The notes: generated by a model not told the origin, from the sequence alone. 64,000 nt of DNA from an uncultured Acidobacteriota bacterium (GCA_963739435.1 CAVUAN010000005.1:168128-232127), one strand, 5' to 3'. Counted from the stretch's first letter, positions 7,620 to 19,057 are shown. Numbers and translations: made by a program.

Positions 7620-9008
7620 CTACGTCCCGGCGACGGCCTTGCTCGAAAGGTGCTCCGCCATCACGGCCAGGAGGGCGAGCAGCCCGCTGAAGAAGACGAT
7701 GCCGAGGGCGACCAGGGTCGGAGACGTGCCGCGCGTCAAGCGCGGCCCGCCGCTGACGACGACGAGGCTCGTCACGCTGTCCGTGAGGTAGTCGTCGAGG
7801 AGAGTGTTGTACTTCTTCAGAATCTCCCGCAGCTCGCCCGAGAGCGTGTCGATGAGGGCGCGGTAGTTCGCGGGCAAGTCTTGCGCCGACACGTTCTTGG
7901 CCTGCTGCAGGTACACCACGTCCTTCTCGAGCCGCAGCTTCATCGCCTCGAGCAGCTTGCTCTTTGTCTGCAGTTCGCTGATGCGCTCGATCAAGGGCGT
8001 CATGTAATCGCTCTTCATCAGGCGGTCGATGACGGCGCTGTCGACGATCGGAATGGCGTCGCGCCCCGAGCCCTGAGAGGCGGCGAGCGTGGCCGGTTTC
8101 TGAGCCGCCTCCAGGAGACGCATCGCTTCAGCCGTCTCCCCCGCGGCCTGCCGGGCGAAGATGTCCAGGTCCTCGAGGCGGTATTGGGCAGTCAGGAGGG
8201 CGAGGTCCTTGTCTCGGACGAGCCGTCCCTTATACGTTGCGGCCTTCAACGCCTCGAGCCGGATGATCTTCCAGATGTAGAGGTCGTTGGCGACTGCCCG
8301 GAAGGTGTACTGCGTCCGCGAGTCCTTGTAGTCCTTCGATTCCTTGATGAGGCCCACGAGGAACTTCTCGACCAGCTCCACGTCCTGCTCGAGGATGTGC
8401 GGAATCTCCCAGAAGTCGTACTTCTCGGCGAGCCTCTCGTAGCTGGAGGCCGTCAGGTCGCTCGCAAACTTTCCCGCGGCCTTCTGCTCGAATTTGACCT
8501 GGTCGCGGTAGCGCTTGATGATGGCATCGAAGAGCCGGATCGCCTTGTCGGATCCCTCCCGTTCGAGACGGACCTGTATGTCGTACTGGCTCGGCGTGAA
8601 GTCCTCGCGCTTGAACCCGTCGCGGTCCTGTTTCTTCCAACGGGACTGGACCTCCACCGGGATGACCGGCACGATGGTGATGCTGGCCGACAGCCGGCTC
8701 AGGTCGGTGTTGGGCGGCAAGCCGGCATCGGCGACCGCCAGCCGCAGGACGTCGGCAGAGCGAAAGCTTTCGACAGTAAAAGCCTTCCCGCTGGGATAGT
8801 TGCCTTTTTCGATCCCCGAGAACAGGAGCGCCACGCGGCCTTCCACGACCCGGGGGCTCACCCAGAGCCAGACGGCGAAGCCGATTGCCCCGACAGCGAG
8901 AAACAGGATGAAGCGGGCGGCGAGGCGGACCCGCCGGTCGTACAGGAACCACAGGGCGTCTCCGAAGGACGGGGGCTCAGGCTCCTCGGGAGCCATGGCC
9001 TCGTTCAT
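7620..9008 (-). CDS. Polysaccharide co-polymerase / chain-length determinant (Wzz/GumC-like), last gene of the glycan operon
   Basis: An N-terminal TM helix (FILFLAVGAIGFAVWLWV) is followed by a large predicted periplasmic coiled region and a C-terminal TM helix (LVALGIVFFSGLLALLAVM). The gene sits in a glycan-operon context. The assignment rests on topology only. Confidence 0.6.
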   Translation of the reverse strand: MNEAMAPEEPEPPSFGDALWFLYDRRVRLAARFILFLAVGAIGFAVWLWVSPRVVEGRVALLFSGIEKGNYPSGKAFTVESFRSADVLRLAVADAGLPPNTDLSRLSASITIVPVIPVEVQSRWKKQDRDGFKREDFTPSQYDIQVRLEREGSDKAIRLFDAIIKRYRDQVKFEQKAAGKFASDLTASSYERLAEKYDFWEIPHILEQDVELVEKFLVGLIKESKDYKDSRTQYTFRAVANDLYIWKIIRLEALKAATYKGRLVRDKDLALLTAQYRLEDLDIFARQAAGETAEAMRLLEAAQKPATLAASQGSGRDAIPIVDSAVIDRLMKSDYMTPLIERISELQTKSKLLEAMKLRLEKDVVYLQQAKNVSAQDLPANYRALIDTLSGELREILKKYNTLLDDYLTDSVTSLVVVSGGPRLTRGTSPTLVALGIVFFSGLLALLAVMAEHLSSKAVAGT

Positions 9009-9041
9009 CGCCTGTCGTCATGGGCTACCTCCGCAAACCTT

Positions 9042-10977
9042 TCAGTGCCGAAGCAGGCTGGGCGCCGGAGCCCATTTCAAATCGGGAACCGCCGGGGCAT
9101 CTCCGGACTGTTCGGCCGCAATGTATGTCGGGACGAGCCCCTTGAGCGAGCGCAACAGCCCCGCCCGGTCGCTGGTCTCGGCCTGATACCGAAGCCGCGC
9201 CAGCTGTTCCTGGAGGTCGGAGGGCGGCGGCGGGCTCTGCGCGGCGTAGATTCGGTTGCGCACCACCTGGCTCCGCTCCTCCTCCTCGGTCATCAGCTCC
9301 TCGGTCAGCTTCTCGCCGGGACGCAGCCCGGTGAACACGATGCGGATGTCGCTGCCCGGCACGAGGCCGGCCATGGTGATCATGTGGGACGCCAGGTCGA
9401 CGATCTGGATGCGGCTGGCCCATGTCGAGGATGCAGAGCTCGCCGTAGTCGTCCGAGCCCGGCCAGCAGGACGAGGCCGACGGCCTCGGGAATCGTCATG
9501 AAGTAGCGCCGGCACTCCGGGTGCGTGACGGTGACCGGGCCGCCCCGCTCGATCTGCTGCTTGAAGAGGGGGACGACGCTGCCGGCCGAGCCCGAGGACG
9601 TTGCCGAAGCGCACCGCCGTGAAGCGTCGGTCGAGGTCCGCGGCGAGGTCGCGCACCACGCAGCTCGGCGATGCGCTTGGACGCCCCCATCACGCTCGAA
9701 GGATGGACGGCCTTGTCGGTCGAGATGAGGACGAACCGCTCCGCCCCACAGGCCTCGGCCATCCGCGCGACGTTCAGCGTTCCGAACACGTTGTTCTTGA
9801 CCGCCTCTTCCGGTGCGTCCTCCATGAGCGGCACGTGCTTGTGGGCCGCGGCGTGGAAGACGACCTGCGGCGTGGAGCGCGCCCAGCCGCAGGAGACGGC
9901 CGGATTCCCGGACGTCGGCCACCTCGGCGTGGACCTTGAGGTCGGGGCGCTTTTCGCGCAGCTCGCGGTACAGGAAGTAGAGGTCGTTCTCGTTGATGTC
10001 CACGAAGACGAGGCTCTCGCAGCCGTAGCTGGCGACCTGCCGCGCGATCTCGCTGCCGATCGAGCCGGCGCCCCGGTCACCAGGATGCGCTTTCCCGACA
10101 CGAGGCCCGGATCTCCTCCTCGTCGAAGACGATCGGGTCGCGCGGCAGGAGGTCCTCGGGCGAGAGGTCGTGAAGCATCGAGGCCGTGATCCTGCTCGTT
10201 CAGGTAGGTGAACGAAACCGGGATGATCTTGAAGTGGACCTTGAGCCTCGAGCAGAGGCGCAGGATCGTCTGGATGCGCTCGGCGGGCAGGCGCGGGATG
10301 GCGATCAGGACCTGGCTCACCTCGTGCCTCTCGATGACTTCCGGCAGGTCGTCGATCCGGCCGAGCACCGGCCGCCCGCCGAGGTAGGTCCCGATCTTGC
10401 GCGCGTCGTCGTCCACGAAGCCGACGACGCGGTAGCTGTGCTCGTCGGAGCGCTGGAGGTCGCGCAGCAGCAGGTCGCCGGCGCTCCCGGCGCCGACGAT
10501 GACGGTGCGCCGCGCTCCCTCCTGGCGGGAGCGCTGGCGGTCGACGTACCAGCCCGACGCGAGCCGGGGCGAGAAGCGCAAGGTGGCCATCGCCGCCGAC
10601 GTCAGGAAGAACTCCATCAGAATGACCGAGCGGGGCGGCCCCAGCTTCTGGAAAAAGTAGAAGGCCGCCACGAAGCAGGCGCTGCCCGTGAGCGCGGCGG
10701 TCTCCAGTCGGACCGCTTCGTGGAATCCCGGAAGCCGGAACGACCAGCGGTGCAGCCCGAAGAGGGCGGTCATCGCCATGCGCACCGGAACGAGGATGGC
10801 CAGCGCCCCGGGTATCGTGGCCCGCCACTCCGGGGGGATCCGGCCCTCGAAACGCAGCACGAAGGCCAGGTAGAGAGCGGCCGCGGCCGCCGCCCCATCC
10901 AGAGCCAGGAGAGTCGAGTAACGAAACGCGCGCCGGCCGAACAGCGACTCGATCTTTGAAAGTGTGGGGGCCGACAC
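9042..10977 (-). pseudogene. CapD/WbpM/PglF-like membrane-bound nucleotide-sugar 4,6-dehydratase, at least six frameshifts between about 9400 and 10200
   Basis: Family-typical segments are spread over all three frames:
- an N-terminal 4-TM part;
- [40 protein letters not shown];
- [25 protein letters not shown];
- [11 protein letters not shown];
- [32 protein letters not shown];
- [60 protein letters not shown];
- [12 protein letters not shown];
- [35 protein letters not shown];
- the C-terminus in ORF 9042..9659.
The start is assumed to be GTG at 10977. Confidence 0.7.
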
Positions 10978-11009
10978 GCCAGCGAAGGGTACCAGACCGG
11001 AAAGGCCCC

Positions 11010-12035
11010 TCAAAGCGCCGGGGCGGAAGCCGCCGGACGCCCGCGGCCGGAGCGGGAGACGGCGGCGAGCTCGAGGAGGAAGGCCGCCAGAGCCGCCGCC
11101 ACACCGAACCATCCCCAGCTCGGCCGGCGGTACACGAGAGCACCCACCTGTGAAAGCGCCAGGCCCGCGAGGACCAGAAACGCGCTGATCGACCCGTGAG
11201 GCTCGCCCGGCAAAACGAGCTGCTGGTAGCGATGCTCCCGGTGCGACTCGCCCAGGGGCTTGCCCTGCCTCCACCGCCTCAGGACCGTTTCGAAAGGGTC
11301 GAACAGGAAAAGGGCGAGCGCAATCGCCGCCGCCAGGACGGCATCGGGCCGCCGCTCGGACGGGGCGAGCAACGGCAACCCCGCGAGCAGAAAGCCGACG
11401 GGGATCGATCCGACGTCGCCCAGGAAGAGGCGGGACGGAGACCAGTTGAAGACGAGAAAGACGAGGACGGCGCCCGCCAACGCCGACGCGAGAAGGGACG
11501 CATCTGTCGACCATCCGGCCACGATGGCTCCCGCGCAGACCGCAACGGCTTCTCCTCCGGCCAGGCCATCGATGCCGTCCATGAAGTTGAACGCATTGGT
11601 CACTCCCACGATCCAGAGGACGGCCAGGGGACCGGCGAGAAAACCCAGGCGCAGGTCGAGCGGCGCCGGGAGCGGCAGCCGTTCCAACCCTCCGAGCTTC
11701 CAGACGACGAAGGCGGCACAGAGCAGCTGCGTGAGGAAGCGCGGGATGACCGACAGCGACCAGAGATCGTCGGCAAGGCTGACCAGCGCCAGCAGCAGGC
11801 ACGCGGCGAGAAGCGGCTCGAGCGGGTTTCCGGGAGACCCGAAGGCTCCGGCCGCCAGGAGGCCGGCGGCGACGCCGAGGAGGATCCCGATGCCGCCTCC
11901 CCGGACGCGGGGCTTCTGGTGACTCGACCTCTCGTTGGGCCGATCGAGAAGCAGACCGAAGCGCTGGCAGACGATCAGAATCGCCGGGAGCGCAAGCCCG
12001 CAGCAGAGCGCGGCCACCCACGCGGCGCGCACCAT
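11010..12035 (-). CDS. Polyprenyl-phosphate HexNAc-1-phosphate transferase (MraY/WecA/WbpL family), initiating glycosyltransferase
   Basis: This is the C-terminal 341 aa of run-through ORF 11010..12962, starting at the ATG at 12035 (TGATG junction with the upstream gene). It is a multi-TM protein with the hallmark [15 protein letters not shown]. Confidence 0.85.
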   Translation of the reverse strand: MVRAAWVAALCCGLALPAILIVCQRFGLLLDRPNERSSHQKPRVRGGGIGILLGVAAGLLAAGAFGSPGNPLEPLLAACLLLALVSLADDLWSLSVIPRFLTQLLCAAFVVWKLGGLERLPLPAPLDLRLGFLAGPLAVLWIVGVTNAFNFMDGIDGLAGGEAVAVCAGAIVAGWSTDASLLASALAGAVLVFLVFNWSPSRLFLGDVGSIPVGFLLAGLPLLAPSERRPDAVLAAAIALALFLFDPFETVLRRWRQGKPLGESHREHRYQQLVLPGEPHGSISAFLVLAGLALSQVGALVYRRPSWGWFGVAAALAAFLLELAAVSRSGRGRPAASAPAL

Positions 12036-12962
12036 CACGGCTGTCCCTTTTCGTCCGCGCGCACCCAGGCGACCTCGCGCCGCAATCCGTCGCGGAGGCT
12101 CACCCGCGCTTCGAACCCCGCGGCCCTGCGAAAAGGCTCCGGATCGAAGACGTCTTCGCGCAGCCATTTCTCCAGCCTCTCGCGGACGCGCTCGGGCGGC
12201 CCGCGGCGTCCGGAAAGCCGGCTGGCGGCCCGGGCGAGAAATCGCGCGGCGGAGGGCGTGACGTGCAGGACGGGAACGGGACGGCCGACGGCCGACGCAA
12301 TCTCCGAGACGACCTCTCGCATTGTCACCGCCGGAGCCGACACGTCGTACGTTCCCGGGCCGGCCGATAGAGCGAGAACGCAGGCGCGCGCGGCGTCGCT
12401 CCGGTAGAGAAGGCTCTTGCGGTTTTCCCCCCGGCCGACCCAGACGAAACGTCCTCGCGAAACGGCCCGGATCAACTGCGCCACATTCCCCGGGTCTTGC
12501 TCTCCGTACAGAGTGACCATTCTCAGGATGACGAGCGTCACTCCCGAGGCGGCACACGCCTCGCTCGCGCGGCGTTCCCCTTCTCTCTTGCTCCGGCCAT
12601 AGGCATCCTCCGCGCGGGCGGCGACCGAGCTGACCAGAACCAGGCGTTGAATCCCCGCTCGCCCGGCTGCGAGGGCCAAGTTGGCGGCCCCTTCCGCGTT
12701 GACCCCGAAGATAATCCGAGGCCGTGACGGAGGGCCGGTGCGCCAGGCCGGCGCAGTGAATGATGCTCGTGACTCCCTGGACCGCCCGGTCCAGAGACTC
12801 CGGATCCCGGACATCTCCGACGGCCTCGCCTGGAGAGCCCGAAGAGCGCCGCACCAGCTGGCGAACCGGGACGCCCGACCCGAGCAGCTCGGCGACGACG
12901 GCTTGCCCGAGAAAGCCGGAGGCGCCGGTCACGAGAACCGTCGTCTTAAGAAGGGAGTCCAA
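12035..12962 (-). pseudogene. NAD-dependent epimerase/dehydratase (SDR), single frameshift near 12715-12740
   Basis: The N-terminus TTVLVTGASGFLGQAV..IIHCAGLAHRP lies in one frame. The continuation IIFGVNAEGAANLALAAGRAGIQRLVLVSS...YGRSKREGE... lies in the frame of ORF 12035..12814. The start is TTG at 12962. Confidence 0.65.
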
Positions 12963-14181
12963 GCGTCTCCTGAACCAGAGAGCGGTACCTCTCCCCGGCG
13001 AGGCCGAGGGAGTACTCCGACTCGACGACGGCGCGCGCCCGCGCCCCCATGTCGTGAAGCCGCCGGGGATCGCTCGCCGCCTCCCGAATCGCCACGGCGA
13101 GGCCTTCGCCGTCGCCGGGTCTCACGACCCAGCCGATCGACTTCTCTTGAATAAGCCGAGCGGCCTCGGAGTCGGGATCGGCCACGGCCAGCAGGGGCCT
13201 TCCCGCCGCCAGGATGTTGTAGATGCGGCTGGGCACCGAGACCCCGGCCATGCCCGGGAGGAAGGCGATCACCGCCAGGTCGCACGCGCCGAGCATTGTC
13301 GCCAGGCTGCCCCGCTTCTGGCGCTCCAGGACCGTGACGTTACGGAGGTCATCGCTCCGGACACGCTCCCCGATCTTCTGAAATCGGGCGCCGTTACCCA
13401 CGAAGAGAAAGTGCATGCGCGGTTCGCCGGAGAGCCTCCTGGCGGCATCGAGCAGGACATCCGGATCGTGCGTCCGGCCCATGTTGCCGGCAAACTGGAC
13501 AACGAACCTGTCGGCCAGGCCAAGGTCTTTGAGAAGCGCGTTGGCCGAGCGCACCTGGGGTGTGACCTCGTCGAGGTCCGCCCAGTTCGGGATCAGCGCC
13601 AGCCGGCCGTCCGCCGAGCCGAGCTTGCGCTCGACGAGAGCCTGCATGTCCCGCCCGATCACGACGATCCGCTCGGCCGAGCGGAGGACCCAGTCGAAAA
13701 CGCGCCCGATCGACCGAACCGCCAAGCCCTTCCTTGCCAACAGGCCCGAAACGAAGAGGACGTCGGGGTAAACATCGTGCACGAGGAGGACGAACCGGGC
13801 CCCCTTCCACCGCGACACGAGCGCCGCCAGAACGGGGAGCGTCGGCGGGTTGGTCACGGCGATGACCGTGTCGTTTCGAGCGACGCGCGTGAGCAGCCGG
13901 GCCGACGCGGTTGCGCAGAACGTCACGAGATTGAAGAAACGAAACAGGACGACGTCCTTGTCGAATCGCGTCGACCAGCACCGCAGGATGTCGACTTCCC
14001 GGTACCGTTCGCGCCAGGGCGCGAGGCGTCCCCTCTCCGCGTAGGTTGGCTGAGCGCACACGGCTGTCACGGGATACCGCTTCGCGATCTCCTCGGCAAT
14101 GCCAGTGACGAAGTAACCCGTGGATGTGTCCTCCGGATGGTAGAGCTCGGAGACCATGAACACGCGCCCGGGCATCGTCAC
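12946..14181 (-). CDS. Glycosyltransferase family 4 (WcaI-like)
   Basis: Intact 411-aa ORF. The protein is GT-B type, with the C-terminal E-x7-E region (..SVPSRIYNILAAGRPLLAV..). Its GTG start overlaps the upstream stop (GTGA). Confidence 0.85.
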   Translation of the reverse strand: MTMPGRVFMVSELYHPEDTSTGYFVTGIAEEIAKRYPVTAVCAQPTYAERGRLAPWRERYREVDILRCWSTRFDKDVVLFRFFNLVTFCATASARLLTRVARNDTVIAVTNPPTLPVLAALVSRWKGARFVLLVHDVYPDVLFVSGLLARKGLAVRSIGRVFDWVLRSAERIVVIGRDMQALVERKLGSADGRLALIPNWADLDEVTPQVRSANALLKDLGLADRFVVQFAGNMGRTHDPDVLLDAARRLSGEPRMHFLFVGNGARFQKIGERVRSDDLRNVTVLERQKRGSLATMLGACDLAVIAFLPGMAGVSVPSRIYNILAAGRPLLAVADPDSEAARLIQEKSIGWVVRPGDGEGLAVAIREAASDPRRLHDMGARARAVVESEYSLGLAGERYRSLVQETLGLPS

Positions 14182-15142
14182 GTCGTGAGACCGATCTCAC
14201 GAAGCCAGGCCGCTGTGTCTTGAACGCCGTCCTCGAACGAAAAGGGAGCGGGCCGCAGATTCGCTGCGTCTCCGCGAGGTCGAACTGGTACTCGGTCAGG
14301 ATGTTTCGCAGCCTGAAGGAATTGTATGGGAACGCCCGGATGCCGAGGGCGTTGACGAGATCTCCCACGCGCGCCAGGACGCTCGCCCAGGCGACCGGAA
14401 CGGACCGAATCGGCGGGGCATGGAACGCCGCCCGAAAGGCCTCCGCCCACTCGTGAATCGAAAGGGGCTCGTAGTCCGCGAGGTAGAGGGTCCTGCCGCG
14501 AATCTGATCGGCCGGGACGTCGAGGAGCCGGCAGTACTGGAAGGTGACGTTGCCCACATAGCCATAAGACTTCCGGAGGGGCCGGTGCCCGACATGGAAG
14601 TAACGCCCCCGCGCGATCATCCGAAAGAACCTCTGGTAGTGCGGGCTCATGCCGGGCCCCCACACCGTCGTCGGACGCACCAGGCACCAGGCCACTCCCC
14701 CGCCGTCCTCGGCGCGCACGATGCGCTCGGTTTCGACCTTGCTTTCGCCATAGAAAGTCGATGGCCGATAGTCCGTGTCGTGCCGAGGAACGTAGCCCAC
14801 GCCGCAGACGAGCTGCGAGGACGTGTAGATCGCGCGCTGCACGGATGGCGTCGCCCGAACCGCCCGGACCACGTTGGCGGTGCCGACGCTGTTCGCGGCG
14901 TAATCCTGGAGACTTTTTCCCTCGAGATCGGTCCGAGCAGCCAGATGCACGACGGCTTCCGGCTGAAATTCCCGGAAGGTTTCGAGCACGGCGCCTTTGT
15001 CGAGCAGGTCGCACGTGACGGCCGCCGGACCCGCCGGCGCAGGGGCTCGGTCCAACCCTCGGACCTCGTCGCCCGCTCTCGCCAGCGCCCGCACGAGATG
15101 CCGGCCGATGAAGCCCGAGCTGCCGGTGACCAGAACCCTCAT
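14178..15142 (-). pseudogene. NAD-dependent epimerase/dehydratase (SDR), single frameshift near 14240-14260
   Basis: MRVLVTGSSGFIGRHLV...YGESKVETE... lies in the frame of ORF 13394..16192. The C-terminus ..PFSFEDGVQDTAAWLREIGLTT* lies in the frame of ORF 14178..15257. The length of 965 nt is not a multiple of 3. The start junction is ATGA. Confidence 0.65.
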
Positions 15143-15942
15143 CTTCCGTCTCGCTTTGCCCCGGAGAGAGGCCGCCGCGCCTCGACATAGAGCGAGCCGG
15201 GCTTGTAGATCGTTCCGTCCGGATCGGTGTCCAGGTGGAACCCGGCCCAGCCCGCAATGCCGCTCTCGTCCGGCGAGGCGACGCGGACTTCTTCGAACCC
15301 GCACCGGCCCAGAAGCTCGGCCAGCGAAAACCGGTCGTACATCCAGCGGTGCAGAATCCCGGCCCGCGCCGTGCCTCCGACGAACATCCCTTCCAGCAGC
15401 CGAACGACGGGCGGCTGCGTCTGCCGGCTGGCCGGGACCTGGCGAACCATCTGGTCGAAGATCTCGTCGAGGACGGCGCCGTGCTGTTCGATCAAAGCAG
15501 CTCGATCGCCCCCGGCATCCATGCGTTCCACGATGACTCGGTACCGCCGCAGGAGCTCTTCGAGATCGGGAACCACGATCCGAACGGATCCTCCGGGCTT
15601 CAGCACCCGAAAGCACTCCGCAAGAAAGCCGGGAGCGGCGTCGCGGTCGATGTGCTCCAGGACGTGAGAGTGGTACACGACATCGAAGCTGGAATCCGGG
15701 AACGGGATTCCCTTCGAGAGATCCCAGACGACGGCCTCGCGGTCGACTTTCTGCAGGCGTTCCCACCGGGCATCCGAAATGAGGCCGAGCCGGCGCAGGA
15801 GCCCGGAGGCCTTCGGGTGCCGCGCCATCCGGAAGAGCCAGCTCGAGTCGACGTTGTTCCAGCCGGGCGCAACACGGGCACTGCTGCCGACGTTCAAGCA
15901 CGCGCGCCCGTCGGACAGCCGCCGCACCGGGAAACGGCTCAT
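15139..15942 (-). CDS. Class I SAM-dependent methyltransferase
   Basis: I trimmed ORF 15139..16371 to the ATG at 15942 (ATGA overlap with the upstream GT). Family-typical segments are ..DVVYHSHVLEHIDRDAAPGFLAECFRVLKPGGSVRIVVPD.. Confidence 0.75.
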   Translation of the reverse strand: MSRFPVRRLSDGRACLNVGSSARVAPGWNNVDSSWLFRMARHPKASGLLRRLGLISDARWERLQKVDREAVVWDLSKGIPFPDSSFDVVYHSHVLEHIDRDAAPGFLAECFRVLKPGGSVRIVVPDLEELLRRYRVIVERMDAGGDRAALIEQHGAVLDEIFDQMVRQVPASRQTQPPVVRLLEGMFVGGTARAGILHRWMYDRFSLAELLGRCGFEEVRVASPDESGIAGWAGFHLDTDPDGTIYKPGSLYVEARRPLSGAKRDGR

Positions 15943-17171
15943 GACGCGGCGGACCTGCCCATGCCCTCGGCATAGACGTCGAGCAGGCGGTCCGCCACCC
16001 GGCCCCACGTGTAATCGCGCAAGACGAGCTCGCGGCCGCGCGCCCCCATTCCGGCCAGCTGCTCCGGATGCCGGAGCAGGTCGCCCAGCACGTCGGCGAG
16101 AGCTCCGACTGACCGCGCAGCGACGCGTCCGGCCCCGGCCTGCTCCACTTCCGGAAAGTGGCATCCCGGGGAGATGACCACGGGCGTCGCACTGGCGAGA
16201 GCCTCGAGGACGGCCATGGAGAAGCCTTCTGCGTCGGACGGCAGGCACAGCAGGTCGGCCCGGGCCAGAAGATCGACCTTGTCCTTCCCGCTCACCATGC
16301 CGGCAAAAACCACCCGTTGCGCGAGCCCGGCCGCGCGGATCCGATCCAGGAACGCCGCCGCGATTCCCCATTCGTCCGGCCCGGCGAGAACCAGCCGCGC
16401 CCGGGGAAGCCCCGGGGCGATGCGCAGGAAAGCCTCGAGAAGGATGTCCGCTCCTTTGTGCGGGTGGAGCCTTCCCAGGAAGAGCACGACCGTCTCAGCG
16501 GGCGACAGCGCGAACCGCGACTCGGCCGCGCTCCGCGATCCTCCGAGGTAGGCCTCGACGTCGATCCCGTTGGGGACCACGCGGATCGGGGCCGTGGCGC
16601 CGGCGGCCCTGTAGCTTTCGATCTCGGCCTCGGTCAGCGCGATCAGCGCCGCCGCCTTCCGCAGGGCGGGACGTTCGACCATCCGGATGTACAAGCGTTT
16701 CTTGACGCCCCGGAAGCGCAGCCGCTCCGGATCGAAGACGCCCCGCTGGTTGTAGAAGAGCGGCTTACCGTGCCGGAAGGCCGCCCGAGCGGCCGCCCAG
16801 CTCGGGTAGATGAAGGGCATGTGCGTGTGGACGAGATCGACCCGCGGCACGGCCGCGTCGAGCGCCGCGCGCAGGGCAGGAGCCCAGAGGTATCCGATCG
16901 AGCGGGAAATGTAGGGCACGAACCGCAACTTCTTCTGCAACGAATCGTCGCGCCGGAAATACCAGACGTCGACGCCATCCACCGACACCGGCTGGTCCAG
17001 GGGCACATCGAGATCTTCGTCCAGATTGGAGTTGGTCGTAAAGACGGTGACCCGGTTCCCCCTCGAAACCAGCGTCTCGGCCAGCCGCGAAACGGACACG
17101 ACGGGCCCGCCCAGCCTCCAGGCCGGCTTGTAACCGTGCACGACGAAGAGAATCTGCAGCGGCTGGGTCAC
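15939..17171 (-). CDS. Glycosyltransferase family 4
   Basis: Intact 410-aa ORF. The N-terminus is ILFVVHGYKPAWRLGGPV and the C-terminal region reads ..PSDAEGFSMAVLEALASATPVV.. Confidence 0.85.
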   Translation of the reverse strand: MTQPLQILFVVHGYKPAWRLGGPVVSVSRLAETLVSRGNRVTVFTTNSNLDEDLDVPLDQPVSVDGVDVWYFRRDDSLQKKLRFVPYISRSIGYLWAPALRAALDAAVPRVDLVHTHMPFIYPSWAAARAAFRHGKPLFYNQRGVFDPERLRFRGVKKRLYIRMVERPALRKAAALIALTEAEIESYRAAGATAPIRVVPNGIDVEAYLGGSRSAAESRFALSPAETVVLFLGRLHPHKGADILLEAFLRIAPGLPRARLVLAGPDEWGIAAAFLDRIRAAGLAQRVVFAGMVSGKDKVDLLARADLLCLPSDAEGFSMAVLEALASATPVVISPGCHFPEVEQAGAGRVAARSVGALADVLGDLLRHPEQLAGMGARGRELVLRDYTWGRVADRLLDVYAEGMGRSAAS

Positions 17172-17190
17172 GATCCGGGGCGATCCTCGA

Positions 17191-19057
17191 TCACACGCGT
17201 ATTCCGTAATGGCGCCGCCACAGCTCGAACATCACGAGCGCGAAGAGGCGCTGCGTGTTCGCCAGGCCCCGGCTCTGGCCCCGGACGAGAGAACGAACCG
17301 TGGGAGGGTCGAACAGCGCCGGATCCGCTTCGGAGAGCACGTCCTCGATGAAGCGGCCCCAGTCGCCGCGAAACCAGTCGGCCAGAGGCAGCGCGAACCC
17401 CTGCTTGCGCGAAAGGTCCAGCTCCGCCGGCAGAAGCTTCGCCGCCAGCCGCCGGGGGAGGATCTTGCGCCTGCCGCCCTTCGCCCGCAGGGAATCGGGC
17501 ACGTCGCGGAACGCGAGCTCGATGATCCGCGGATCGAGCCACGGCGCCCGCACCTCGAGCGAGGTCAGCATGCTCGCCCGATCGACCTTGACGAGGATGT
17601 CGTCGACGAGGTACGTCTCGAAGTCGACCGCCGTGGCCTGCGGAGAGAGGGGATGCATGCGGGCCGGCAGAGCCCGGCCTTGTAGTCTTCGGGCGTCCCT
17701 TCCCGCGCGGAAGCGCGCCGGGCGCCAGCAGGCGCCGCCGCGTCCGCGCGTCGAAAAAGAGGTTGACGTGCGCGATGACGCGGGGCACGTCTCCCGCCGC
17801 CGCGATCAGGTAGTTGCGGCCCCGGACGCCCGGAGGAAGGATCGTCGCCGCGCCTCCGACGGCCCGCCGCACCGGCCCCGGGAGCGCGCGCATCACCTGC
17901 TGCTGGCGCTCGATCCAGTCGTAGTGGAGGTAGCCGCCGAACAGCTCGTCGCCGCCGTCGCCGCCCAGGGCGACGGTGGCGTGCTGGCGGATCAGCCGGG
18001 AGACGAGGTACGTCGGCACCATCGACGAGTCGCCGAGCGGCTCGTCGTACTGCCGGGCGAGTTCGGGCAGCAGATCGACGGTCGCCGGCTCGGCCGCGAG
18101 CTCGAGGTGATCGGTGCCGAAGTGCCGGGCCACGAGCCGCGCGTGCGGCGCCTCGTCGAAGTCGCCATGCCCCGGAAACGAGATGTTGAACGTCTTCACC
18201 GGCTTCGACGACACGCGCGCCGCCATCGCCGTCACGAGGCTCGAGTCGATCCCCCCGCTCAGCATGATCCCGACCGGCACGTCCGCGATCAGCCGCAGGC
18301 GCACCGAGTCGAGGAGAAGATCCTCGAGCTCGCGCACGAGCTCGGACGCCGGCCGGTCCGGGCCCCGCTTCCGATCGGGCAGCTACCAGTACGCCCAGGT
18401 CGTCACCAGGTCGCGCTCCAGGTCGAAGGTCAGCGCGTGCCCCTGCGGAAGCTTGTGCACTCCCGCCAGGATGCAGAGCGAGCCCGGGACGTAGCCGTAC
18501 GTGAGGTAGAAGTCCAGGCCCTCGCCATCGAGCTCGCGCGGAAACGCCGGGTCCGTCATCAGGGCCTTCAGCTCGGAGGCGAGGGCGAGCGTCCCGTTGG
18601 CGTGGCGGTAGAAGAGGGGCTTCTCGCCGGCGCGGTCCCGCGCGCAGAAAGACCTGCTCTTCTCGGTGTCGTAGAGGGCGAAGGCGAACATCCCGTTCAA
18701 GCGCGACAGGCAGTCCGTTCCCCACTCCCCGTAGGCCTCGAGGAGCACCTCCGTGTCGCTTGCCGTCCGAAAGCGGTGCCCGAGCTTCTCGAGCTCGGCT
18801 CGCAGCAGGCGGTAGTTGTAGATCTCGCCGTTGAACGTGATCCACCAGCGCCCGGCGGAATCGGACATCGGCTGATGGCCGCCCGGGGAAAGATCGATGA
18901 TCGCCAGCCGCCGCATCGCGAGGCCGACACGCCCGTCGTCCGACCACCAGGAACCCGAGTCGTCCGGTCCCCGGTGCCGGATGCTGTCTCGCATCGCATC
19001 CAGAGGAGGCCGCGGCCTGCCCGCCTCGCGGGCAGCGACGGCGACTATTCCGCACAT
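17191..19057 (-). pseudogene. asnB: Asparagine synthase (glutamine-hydrolysing)-type amidotransferase, in-frame TAG at 18383-18385 plus at least one frameshift near 17660-17720
   Basis: The N-terminal nucleophile is MCGIVAV.. (ATG at 19057). The synthetase PP-loop SGGIDSS lies after the stop, in the same frame. The C-terminus [31 protein letters not shown]... lies in another frame (ORF 17191..17658). Confidence 0.8.
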
